In this document: positions 19,515-27,387 of the stretch, in pieces
How the letters are laid out: every line of letters starts with the position of its first letter
Position numbering within the stretch: the stretch's first letter is position 1
Assembly: GCA_028820935.1 (NCBI GenBank)
Contig: JAPPHZ010000035.1
Location: 50,747-114,746, forward strand
DNA from: a bacterium
GTDB taxonomy: Bacteria; Actinomycetota; Acidimicrobiia; Spongiisociales; Spongiisociaceae
Reading direction: 5' to 3'
Length of the DNA stretch: 64,000 nt
The notes under the pieces: model-generated
The model's input: the letters and a program-made list of their open reading frames with translations, nothing else
Told to the model about the DNA's origin: nothing
The model's database searches: none
Translations under genes and position numbers: made by a program

Positions 19515-20144
19515 TCAGTCGAGGCCCAGGCGGGCGATCCGGTCAAGTACCCCGGCCCGTTCCGCACCGATGGTGGTGCTGTCGCCATGGCCGGTGTGGA
19601 CGACCGTCTCGTCCGGGAGGACCAGCAGCATGTCGCGGATGCTCCGGAGGATGGTGGGCCGGTCACTGAAGCTCCGCCCGGTAGCGCCCGGGCCCCCTTT
19701 GAACAGGGTGTCACCCGAGAACATCAGCCCGCTCCTGTTGTCCAGGAAGCAGCACGAGCCCGGTGAGTGTCCGGGGGTGTGGATCACATCCAACTCGTGT
19801 CCGGCCACCCGCAGCGTGGCGCCGTGCGCCAGGTCACGGTCCGGGACCTCTTCGGCGTACACCATATCCCAAAGCATCCGGTCGTCGGGGTGGAGCAGGA
19901 TGGGAGCGTCCACGCGATCGCGCAGGGCGACCGCCGAGTTGATGTGGTCGTTGTGGCCGTGAGTTGCCACGATGGAGGACACCCGCCGTCCCGCCACCGC
20001 CTCCACGATCGGGGCGTGGTCATGGCCGGCGTCGATCACCAGCACCTCCCGATCGTCCCCGATCAGCCAGATGTTGTTGGTGACCTCCCACTCCCCGCCG
20101 TCGAGGCGGAACAGCCCGTCGGTCGTTACCAGTTCGATCGGCAT
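19515..20144 (-). CDS. MBL-fold metallo-hydrolase (hydroxyacylglutathione hydrolase-like)
   Basis: HxHxDH motif (ATHGHNDHI) and downstream His/Asp ligands. It neighbours the mycothiol-dependent formaldehyde dehydrogenase, as Rv2260/Rv2259 do. Confidence 0.85.
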   Translation of the reverse strand: MPIELVTTDGLFRLDGGEWEVTNNIWLIGDDREVLVIDAGHDHAPIVEAVAGRRVSSIVATHGHNDHINSAVALRDRVDAPILLHPDDRMLWDMVYAEEVPDRDLAHGATLRVAGHELDVIHTPGHSPGSCCFLDNRSGLMFSGDTLFKGGPGATGRSFSDRPTILRSIRDMLLVLPDETVVHTGHGDSTTIGAERAGVLDRIARLGLD

Positions 20145-20156
20145 GGTCGAGCCCTA

Positions 20157-20260
20157 AGAGGGTGCTGAAAAAGACGAGGATGGGTTGGCCCGCGACGGTC
20201 TCGACGTGGGCCGTTGTTGCCTATTGTGGGGCCAGCTGGACATTTTTCAGTACCCTCTCA
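20157..20260. repeat. inverted-repeat-bounded intergenic element, copy 1
   Basis: AAGAGGGTGCTGAAAAAG...(about 70 nt with internal hairpins)...TTTTTCAGTACCCTCT. The arms pair over 16 bp with one G.T. The right arm abuts the upstream gene's stop codon. Coordinates are approximate to within 1-2 nt. Confidence 0.7.
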
Positions 20261-21343
20261 GAACACCACGACCGAGCGAAGAACCTCGCCGCGCTCCATC
20301 TTGTGGAAGGCCTCCTCGACGTCTCCCACGCCGATCGTCTCGGAGACGAACCGGTCCAGGTCGAGACGGCCCTGGAGGTACAGGTCGATCAGCATGGGGA
20401 AGTCCTTGGAGGGAAGGCAGTCCCCGTACCAACTCGACTTCAGGGCGCCTCCGCGGCCGAACACCTCGATGAACGGCAACTCGAGGGTCATGTCAGGGGC
20501 GGGCACCCCCACGAGCACCACGGTGCCGGCTAGATCACGGGCCTTGAAGGCCTGCTGGTAGACGTGTGGTAGGCCGATCGCCTCGATGGCGACGTCGACC
20601 CCGTTGCCTCCGGTCAGAGCCTTGATGGCATGGACCGGGTCCTCGTCGTTGGAGTTGATGGTGTGGGTGGCCCCGAACTCTGTCGCCCATTCGAGCTTCC
20701 GGTCGTCGATGTCCACCCCGATGATGGTGGTGGCTCCGGCCAGCTTGGCCCCGGCGATGGCGCCGTCGCCCACGCCTCCGCAGCCGAACACCGCCACGCT
20801 GTCGCCCGCGCCCACGCCGCCGGTGTTGATCGCGGCGCCGATGCCGGCCATGACCCCGCAACCGAGCAGGCCGGCCGCCACCGGCGAGGCGGCGGGATCC
20901 ACCTTGGTGCATTGGCCGGCCGCCACGAGGGTGGCATCCGCGAACGCGCCGATGCCGAGGGCAGCCGACAACTCCGTGCCGTCGGCGAGGCTCATCTTCT
21001 GGGAAGCATTGTGGGTGCTGAAACAAATGTTGGGCCGACCCCTCAGGCACGACCGGCACTGGCCGCATACCGCCCGCCAGTTCAGGATGACGAAGTCACC
21101 GGGCTCCACCTCGGTCACCCCGGCACCCACTTCCTCGACCACCCCGGCCGCCTCGTGGCCGAGGAAGAAGGGGAAGTCGTTGTTGATGCCTCCTTCGCGG
21201 TAGTGGAGGTCCGTGTGGCAGACCCCGCAAGCCTGGATGCGGACCACGGCCTCACCGGGACCGGGATCCGGTATGACGATCTCCTCGAGGGTCACCGGCT
21301 CGCCGACTGCCTTCGATACCACACCCTGCACGGTCCGTGGCAT
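20258..21343 (-). CDS. mscR: class III Zn-dependent alcohol dehydrogenase / S-(hydroxymethyl)mycothiol dehydrogenase
   Basis: 361 aa. [12 protein letters not shown], catalytic and structural Zn Cys ligands (CGVCHTD ... CGQCRSC), and a Rossmann GCGGVG. Confidence 0.9.
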   Translation of the reverse strand: MPRTVQGVVSKAVGEPVTLEEIVIPDPGPGEAVVRIQACGVCHTDLHYREGGINNDFPFFLGHEAAGVVEEVGAGVTEVEPGDFVILNWRAVCGQCRSCLRGRPNICFSTHNASQKMSLADGTELSAALGIGAFADATLVAAGQCTKVDPAASPVAAGLLGCGVMAGIGAAINTGGVGAGDSVAVFGCGGVGDGAIAGAKLAGATTIIGVDIDDRKLEWATEFGATHTINSNDEDPVHAIKALTGGNGVDVAIEAIGLPHVYQQAFKARDLAGTVVLVGVPAPDMTLELPFIEVFGRGGALKSSWYGDCLPSKDFPMLIDLYLQGRLDLDRFVSETIGVGDVEEAFHKMERGEVLRSVVVF

Positions 21344-21412
21344 TTTCTTCTCCTCTGCTGACGTTATCGGGAAGACTAGTTGGATGAGTGTGTCCGGGAC
21401 CGGTCCGGACCT

Positions 21413-22966
21413 CTACGCCCCAGATGGTGTCCAGAGTTCGGTTCCGGGATGGAACTGGCTCCACGCGAACCAGAAGGACTCGTGGGCGGGTATCTCGACT
21501 CCGTCCGGTCCCAGGGCCCGCAGGCCGCCCCCGTCCTTGGTCACAACGATCCCGGAGTGCTCCACCGACCCTCCGCGGTCCAGCGTCGCATGGGCATCAA
21601 CGACGGAAAACGCCACCACGATCGGCTCCGTTCCTACCTCGGAAAGCACACCCAGTACCTTCTCGTGGACCGGCAGGCGGTCGTCCCAGTCCCCTATCGG
21701 GAAGATGGGACCGTGGTCGTCCCGACCCCGCAGGGGATCGTCCGGGTAGGACCGGCCTATCCCACCGTCCTCCGCCACGATGAGAGTGTGCGGATTGGCC
21801 GCCTTCCACTCGCCCCACCGCGAGGTCACCATCGTGGTCTGGGGCAACCGGACGCCCGCCTCCCGGAGAGGACCGCTCACGGCCTGGCCGGTGAAGGTGT
21901 CGAACATGGAACGCGTGTGGTACTCGTACATCATCTTGTTGGAACGTGTAAGGAGCCCGGACGTGCGGAGCTCGAACGTCCCGGCGTCGCCGAGCCGGTC
22001 GCGGACCGAGTCGGGCACCACGTCCGTGAAGTAGGCCTGGGCGGAGCCGCACAGGGTGCAGTACGGAATACCCAATCGCCTTCCCCCGATGGTGATGTTG
22101 ACCATCTCGTGAACTTCCATGATGTTCTTGGGGAACGCCACCGCCTCCCCGTTGACGGTCACCGCGAACACGTATGCCTCGTCGGGGTAGTAGTCGCCCT
22201 CGGAGGCGGGTACCAGTAGGGGATCGTTGAGCGCCGGGATGCAGCCCCTGGGGCACGGCAGGTGCGTCGTGTTGAGTGGGCGATCGTCGATCAGCACCCC
22301 GCCCCACGTGACGTGACGCCAATCGATGAGTGAGTCCTCGTCGGCGAAGAAGGGCGCCCATCCCAACTCGACCAAGGTGTACAACCCGCCCTTCCACGCG
22401 CCGAACCCTGGTGGCGCCGGGGTGTCCCATGCCATCAACTGGTTGGTGGCGTCGCGCCACGGGTTCGGGCCGAGGTCCACGCCCGTCAGTTGGGTGAACG
22501 CGTACTGGAGGCCCGAAGCCTCGGGATGGATGAAGCGCATGAGATCCGCGATGACCCAGGCGACGCGCAGATCACCGGACCGGCCGAGGCGGACGATGGC
22601 ATCGGTGTCCAGCCCGGTGGTCAACGAGTCGAGTACCGCTTGGAGATCGGCTTCTACGTCCACCGCCACGGCGTCCTCTGCTGTAGTGGCCGCCGGTTCA
22701 TCCGTTGATTCGGCCGGCAGCGCCGTGGTTGCGGCGGAGACCTGCTCGGGCGCCGCCTCCGGAGCCTCGCCGGTCGGTTGGTCACGGCCGGACGCGGTCG
22801 TGGATGCCGTCAGGCCGGTCGTGCTGGTGGCCTCGACAGGCTCGGCGACCTCGACCGTTTCGGCCTGCCGGCTCGGCGGTCCCGCGGATCGGATGGCGAC
22901 CAGCAGGGCGAGCCCCGCCAGTAACACCAGACCGATCAGAAGCGCCCGGCGGCGTCCGGGATTCAT
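21413..22966 (-). CDS. DUF3179 domain-containing secreted/membrane-anchored protein
   Basis: N-terminal TM/signal, an Ala/Thr/Glu-rich linker, then a conserved core with ...GIPYCTLCGSAQAYF..., which recalls the DUF3179 YCPLCGSG motif. Confidence 0.65.
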   Translation of the reverse strand: MNPGRRRALLIGLVLLAGLALLVAIRSAGPPSRQAETVEVAEPVEATSTTGLTASTTASGRDQPTGEAPEAAPEQVSAATTALPAESTDEPAATTAEDAVAVDVEADLQAVLDSLTTGLDTDAIVRLGRSGDLRVAWVIADLMRFIHPEASGLQYAFTQLTGVDLGPNPWRDATNQLMAWDTPAPPGFGAWKGGLYTLVELGWAPFFADEDSLIDWRHVTWGGVLIDDRPLNTTHLPCPRGCIPALNDPLLVPASEGDYYPDEAYVFAVTVNGEAVAFPKNIMEVHEMVNITIGGRRLGIPYCTLCGSAQAYFTDVVPDSVRDRLGDAGTFELRTSGLLTRSNKMMYEYHTRSMFDTFTGQAVSGPLREAGVRLPQTTMVTSRWGEWKAANPHTLIVAEDGGIGRSYPDDPLRGRDDHGPIFPIGDWDDRLPVHEKVLGVLSEVGTEPIVVAFSVVDAHATLDRGGSVEHSGIVVTKDGGGLRALGPDGVEIPAHESFWFAWSQFHPGTELWTPSGA

Positions 22967-23043
22967 GCCGCGGTCTCGCCCGGAGGTCCGGTCATCAACT
23001 CGTGCGCCGGCCCGCTTCCGATCGCAGGCCGAGGATCATGAGT

Positions 23044-23283
23044 TCAGCGGCCGAGAAGGATCGCCAGGCTGACGGTCGTGGCCGCGAACAGGACCGCCAC
23101 GAAGACGGTCATGCGATCCAGGTTCCGCTCGGCGAGCGTCGATCCGCCCATCCCGCCTGCCTGCATCCCGCCGCCGAACATGTCGCCAAGCCCACCCTTG
23201 CCGGCATGAAGCAGGATCAGGAAGACCAGGGCAACCGCCACGATGAGATGAAGGACGGTGATGATGGCGATCGCAACAGTCAT
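23044..23283 (-). CDS. secG: preprotein translocase subunit SecG
   Basis: 79 aa, two TM helices, glycine-rich loop LHAGKGGLGDMFGGG. Confidence 0.85.
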   Translation of the reverse strand: MTVAIAIITVLHLIVAVALVFLILLHAGKGGLGDMFGGGMQAGGMGGSTLAERNLDRMTVFVAVLFAATTVSLAILLGR

Positions 23284-23320
23284 TACTTAGTTCCTAGTTG
23301 TTAGTTTCTAGTTTCGAGTT
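23284..23320. repeat. CTAG-rich spacer (copy C); also encodes the C-terminal tail of the four-helix-bundle gene
   Basis: cttagttcctagttgttagtttctagtttcgagtt; the 4HB ORF ends ...TTNSKLETNN* inside it. Confidence 0.75.
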
Positions 23321-23599
23321 GGTGGTGGGCGTCAAGCGAAGCGCCCGCTTGAGCCCGCTGAGCATCCTACCAACCTCGTCGGCACAAACCAGAACATCCT
23401 GAACGTGCTCGTTGTCGGCCATGCCCAGCCGGCTAGCCAAGATCAGAAACGTCTCTGTCTCTGCCAGCGAGCCGCTCGCGATTCCCAGAAACTGGAGGAA
23501 CTCCCTGGCGGAGAGCCGATAGACCATCTCGGCCAACTCGAGGGATTTCTGCCAGACCTCCAAATCCTGATAGCCGCCCGTGATGGTTACTATAGCCAT
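23294..23599 (-). CDS. four-helix-bundle protein (23S rRNA intervening-sequence protein family, TIGR02436-like)
   Basis: YQDLEVWQKSLELAEMVYRL...FLQFLGIASGSLAETETFLILASRLG is the hallmark. Its GC (about 55%) is clearly below that of its neighbours. Confidence 0.8.
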   Translation of the reverse strand: MAIVTITGGYQDLEVWQKSLELAEMVYRLSAREFLQFLGIASGSLAETETFLILASRLGMADNEHVQDVLVCADEVGRMLSGLKRALRLTPTTNSKLETNN

Positions 23600-23661
23600 C
23601 AGTATGTTCTAAGCTATATTGACTAGCAACTAGCAACTAGCAACTAGCAACTAGCAACTAG
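23600..23661. repeat. CTAG-rich spacer (copy D) with a perfect (CAACTAG)x5 tandem
   Basis: tgttctaagctatattgactag(caactag)x5 cc. The last TAG is the gpmA stop codon. TAG occurs every 7 nt on both strands, so all six frames are terminated. Confidence 0.85.
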
Positions 23662-24407
23662 CCGGCCTGTGCGGCAACTGCGGCAGCAGCGGCCTCCGCT
23701 ACTCCCGGATCGCCTAGGTACCGGTCTCCGGCATACTCCAGGTCGTCGTCCAGTTCCACGACCAGGGGGATCCCGGTGGGGATGTTCAGGCGGGTGATCT
23801 CCTCTTCGCCGATCCCTTTCAAGTACTTGAGCAGGGCGCGGATGCTGTTGCCGTGGGCCACGACCAGGACGCGGCGTCCCGCGGACAGGTCGGGCAGGAT
23901 CCCCGCCTCCCAGTAGGGAACCGCGCGGGCGACCACATCGGCCAGGCATTCGGAGACAGGGAGTTCCCCGGTGGCCACGTCCCGGTACCTCCTGTCGAAG
24001 CGGGGATGGCGCGGATCGTCCCTCTCCAGGGCCGGGGGCGGCACCCCATAGCTCCGCCTCCATTGGAAGACCTGATCCGCGCCATGCAGGGCGGCGGTCT
24101 CCTTCTTGTTCAGACCCTGCAAGCCGCCGTAGTGACGCTCGTTGAGCCGCCAACTCCGCCTGACGGGCAACCAGTGCAGGTCCATACGGTCGAGGGCGAT
24201 GTTGGCGGTGTTGATGGCCCGTCGCAGCAGCGAGGTGTGGACGATGTCGAAGGACAGGCCTTCCTCCGCCATCAGCACGCCGGCGGACACCGCTTCCTCC
24301 TCCCCGCCAACGGTGAGCGGTACGTCGGTCCAGCCCGAGAAGCGATTCTCGAGATTCCAGGTGCTCTCACCATGTCGAACCAGGACCAGCTCATTCGGTC
24401 GGCTCAT
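23658..24407 (-). CDS. gpmA: 2,3-bisphosphoglycerate-dependent phosphoglycerate mutase
   Basis: [25 protein letters not shown] (the RHGE phosphohistidine motif). Confidence 0.9.
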   Translation of the reverse strand: MSRPNELVLVRHGESTWNLENRFSGWTDVPLTVGGEEEAVSAGVLMAEEGLSFDIVHTSLLRRAINTANIALDRMDLHWLPVRRSWRLNERHYGGLQGLNKKETAALHGADQVFQWRRSYGVPPPALERDDPRHPRFDRRYRDVATGELPVSECLADVVARAVPYWEAGILPDLSAGRRVLVVAHGNSIRALLKYLKGIGEEEITRLNIPTGIPLVVELDDDLEYAGDRYLGDPGVAEAAAAAVAAQAG

Positions 24408-24425
24408 GCGCGTCCGCTCCCTACT

Positions 24426-24534
24426 AAGAGGGTGCTGAAGAAGCCCTCACAAGGGGTTCGGGCGCTGTCTCATACCTCAGAACAGGTGACTTGCTGCCGG
24501 CGAACCCCGCGAGATTCATCTTCAGTACCCTCTC
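24426..24534. repeat. inverted-repeat-bounded intergenic element, copy 2
   Basis: AAGAGGGTGCTGAAGAAG...(about 75 nt containing an 8-bp GGGGTTCG/CGAACCCC stem)...CTTCAGTACCCTCT. The arm stem carries a compensatory A-T to G-C change relative to copy 1. The right arm overlaps the tpiA stop. Confidence 0.7.
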
Positions 24535-25309
24535 AAGTCCAGTACCTCACGCAGGCCGCCAGCGTCCCCGGGTCGAGAGATGCCCCCCCGATCAGGCCGC
24601 CGTCTATGTCCCGCTTGGCCATGAGCGCGGCCACGTTACCCGGGTTGATCGACCCGCCGTAGATGATCCGCACCTGATCGGCTGCATCCCCGTGCCGTGA
24701 TCGAATGCGGCTCCTTATGTGCGAGATCATCTCTTGGGCAACGGATGGCCGGGCGTGCCGGCCGGTGCCGATGGCCCATACCGGTTCGTACGCAACCACC
24801 AGCCGCGCTACCTGATCGGACGGTATCCTGGCGAGGGCGCCCGAGACCTGCCGGCCTACCGTCTCCTCGGCGCAACCGGCTTCACGTTCGTCCAGGGTCT
24901 CCCCTACCGCAACGATCGGCACGACTCCCTCCGACAGCGCCACCCGAGCCTTCCTGTTGACCATACGGTCGTCCTCGCCGAAGTCCCGGCGGCGCTCCGA
25001 ATGGCCCACTATGACGTAGCTGACGGCCAGCTTGGCCAGCATGCGGACCGATACCTCGCCGGTGTGGGCGCCTTCCTTTGCCCAATGCACGTTCTGCGCC
25101 ACGATGCGGATCGGTAGGTCGTCCATCTGGACCACCGTCTGGACCGAGCGGAGCGAGGTGAAGGAAGGCGCAACCCCGACGTCGACCCGGTCGTAGTCGG
25201 CCGGACCGAGCTGGTAGCTCAGAGCCTGTACCCACTGCATCGCCTCGAAGTAGGTCCCGTGCATCTTCCAGTTGGCCACCATCAGGGGCTTGCGCGCTAC
25301 CGGGCCCAT
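24533..25309 (-). CDS. tpiA: triose-phosphate isomerase
   Basis: ...PLMVANWKMHGT...VAYEPVWAIGTG... Start at the internal M (25309); the upstream extension overlaps pgk. Confidence 0.9.
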   Translation of the reverse strand: MGPVARKPLMVANWKMHGTYFEAMQWVQALSYQLGPADYDRVDVGVAPSFTSLRSVQTVVQMDDLPIRIVAQNVHWAKEGAHTGEVSVRMLAKLAVSYVIVGHSERRRDFGEDDRMVNRKARVALSEGVVPIVAVGETLDEREAGCAEETVGRQVSGALARIPSDQVARLVVAYEPVWAIGTGRHARPSVAQEMISHIRSRIRSRHGDAADQVRIIYGGSINPGNVAALMAKRDIDGGLIGGASLDPGTLAACVRYWT

Positions 25310-26481
25310 CGTTCCAGGCCCTTCACCCCCGGCAGGGTCTTGCCTTCCAGCAACTCGAGCCCGGCCCCGCCGCCTGTCGATAGGTGATCGAGGCCGGCCT
25401 GAAACCCGAGCATTCGCAGTGCGGCCACGGAATCGCCGCCGCCGGCTACCCGGAAGGCACTGGATCGGGCCATCGCGTCCGCCACCGTCGCAGTCCCCGA
25501 CCGGAACGCCTCCCACTCGAACACCCCCATGGGGCCGTTCCAGAAAACCGATCCCGACCCGCCGATGACCTCGGCGAACTGTTCGGCGGTGGCGGGGCCG
25601 ATGTCAAGACCCCAGGTGCCCTCCTCGATGGAACTCATACCCACCGCGGTGGCGCCGGCCTCCTCAGCGAACCGATCGGCGGTGACTATGTCCGAGGGAA
25701 GGACCAGCCTGTCTGCCTCCGGGGTGCTCAGGAGCTCGTTCAGGGAGTCGAAATAGTCCGGCTCGACCAGCGAGTTGCCGACCTCGTAGCCCTCGACGGC
25801 CAGGAAGCTGAAGCACATGCCGCCACCGACGAGCATGGCGTCCACCTTGGGTAGCAGCGCCCGGATCAGCGGAAGCTTGTCCGAGATCTTGGCGCCCCCC
25901 AGCACCACCGTGAACGGTTGGGGCGGGTTGTCCATGAGGGTGCTGAACACGGCAAGCTCGCGTTCTAGCAGCGGCCCTGCCGCCGATCTGAGCAGGGAGG
26001 ACACCCCGGTGGTGGAGGCATGGGCCCGGTGGGCCGAACCGAACGCGTCCAGCACGAAGACGTCGGCCCACTCGGCCAACTCCGACGCGTAATCGGGGTC
26101 ATTGGTGGTCTCGCCGGGATGGAAACGGGTATTCTCGAGCAGCACCACGTCGCCCGGACGGGCCTCTCCGATCAGGCGGCGGGCGTCCTCGCCGACCGAG
26201 TCGGAGGCGTGGACAACCGGGAATCCACCCAGCTCGGACAGTGCCACGGCCACGGGGGCCATCCGCATCCCGTCCACCACGCGGCCCCGGGGCCGTCCCA
26301 GATGGCTGCATAGGATGACCACCGCGCCGGCGTCTCTTAGCCGGCCTATGGCGGGGAGCGCCGCCCGGAGACGAAAGTCATCAGCCACCCGCCCGTCTCG
26401 CAGGGGAACGTTCAGGTCGGACCGGAGCAGCACACGGCGCTCGGACACCGGAAGATCCGCGACGGTCAAGAAACTCTCCAC
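25297..26481 (-). CDS. pgk: phosphoglycerate kinase
   Basis: 394 aa. ...RSDLNVPL... N-terminus and the ...GGGDS... C-terminal motif. Confidence 0.9.
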   Translation of the reverse strand: MESFLTVADLPVSERRVLLRSDLNVPLRDGRVADDFRLRAALPAIGRLRDAGAVVILCSHLGRPRGRVVDGMRMAPVAVALSELGGFPVVHASDSVGEDARRLIGEARPGDVVLLENTRFHPGETTNDPDYASELAEWADVFVLDAFGSAHRAHASTTGVSSLLRSAAGPLLERELAVFSTLMDNPPQPFTVVLGGAKISDKLPLIRALLPKVDAMLVGGGMCFSFLAVEGYEVGNSLVEPDYFDSLNELLSTPEADRLVLPSDIVTADRFAEEAGATAVGMSSIEEGTWGLDIGPATAEQFAEVIGGSGSVFWNGPMGVFEWEAFRSGTATVADAMARSSAFRVAGGGDSVAALRMLGFQAGLDHLSTGGGAGLELLEGKTLPGVKGLERWAR

Positions 26482-26493
26482 CAGTACCCGTTT

Positions 26494-27387
26494 CTACTGC
26501 TCTACATCCCGATGCCGGATGGTGGCGTGATAACCCTGGTCCCCCAGCCACTCCCCCAGCTCCTCGGCGATGGCCACGGAGCGGTGCCGCCCTCCCGTGC
26601 AGCCGATCCCGATGCTCACGTAGGACTTGCCCTCCTCCTGGTAACGGGGGATCAGGAACGAGAGGAGGTCGCGGATCCGCTCCAGGAAGCCACGAGCGTC
26701 GTCCGTGCCGAGCACGAAGGAACGAACCGCCTCATCCCGGCCGGTAAGGAGGCGAAGCCCGGGCGTCCAATGAGGATTCGGGAGGAAACGCACGTCGAAC
26801 ATCAGGTCATTGTCGCGGGGCGTACCGTTCTTGAAGCCGAACGAGGTGACCGCCAGGCGCATGGCGTGCTCATCCACCAGCGCCGAGAGGTGGCTCCCGA
26901 ACCACTCGCGAAGCTGATGGACGTTCGTCTCGCTGGTGTTGATGTACATGTCGGCCCGGAGCCGGAGGTCGACCATCATCTCGCGCTCGGCGGCGATCGC
27001 GTCGGCCAGGGTCGCCAGTCCGAGGGGGTGGGGCCGGCGGTGCTCCTCGTAGCGGCGTATCAGGACGTCGTCGTCGGCGTCCAGAAAGACCAGCGTCATG
27101 CCGATACCGGCCTGCTCCAACTCCTGGATGTGGGTCTCGAGTTCCGTGAGAGGGAAGCCGCCGCGGCTGTCCAGGACCACCGCCAGGTGCCGCCCGCTCG
27201 CGCGCAGGTCGTTCAGTTCGAGAACCTGGCGGAGAAGGAACGGGGGCAGGTTGTCGATCACGTAGAAGCCCAGGTCTTCGAGGACTTTGGCGCCGGTGGA
27301 GCGGCCGGCGCCGGAGAGCCCGGTCAGCACGAGCAACCGGGAACCGGGGCCCGTCGTGGAAGATACCGGGGCGTCGGGCTCAACCAT
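26494..27387 (-). CDS. rapZ: RNase adapter protein RapZ (YvcJ)
   Basis: P-loop LVLTGLSGAGRST and the C-terminal GCTGGRHRS motif. Confidence 0.85.
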   Translation of the reverse strand: MVEPDAPVSSTTGPGSRLLVLTGLSGAGRSTGAKVLEDLGFYVIDNLPPFLLRQVLELNDLRASGRHLAVVLDSRGGFPLTELETHIQELEQAGIGMTLVFLDADDDVLIRRYEEHRRPHPLGLATLADAIAAEREMMVDLRLRADMYINTSETNVHQLREWFGSHLSALVDEHAMRLAVTSFGFKNGTPRDNDLMFDVRFLPNPHWTPGLRLLTGRDEAVRSFVLGTDDARGFLERIRDLLSFLIPRYQEEGKSYVSIGIGCTGGRHRSVAIAEELGEWLGDQGYHATIRHRDVEQ

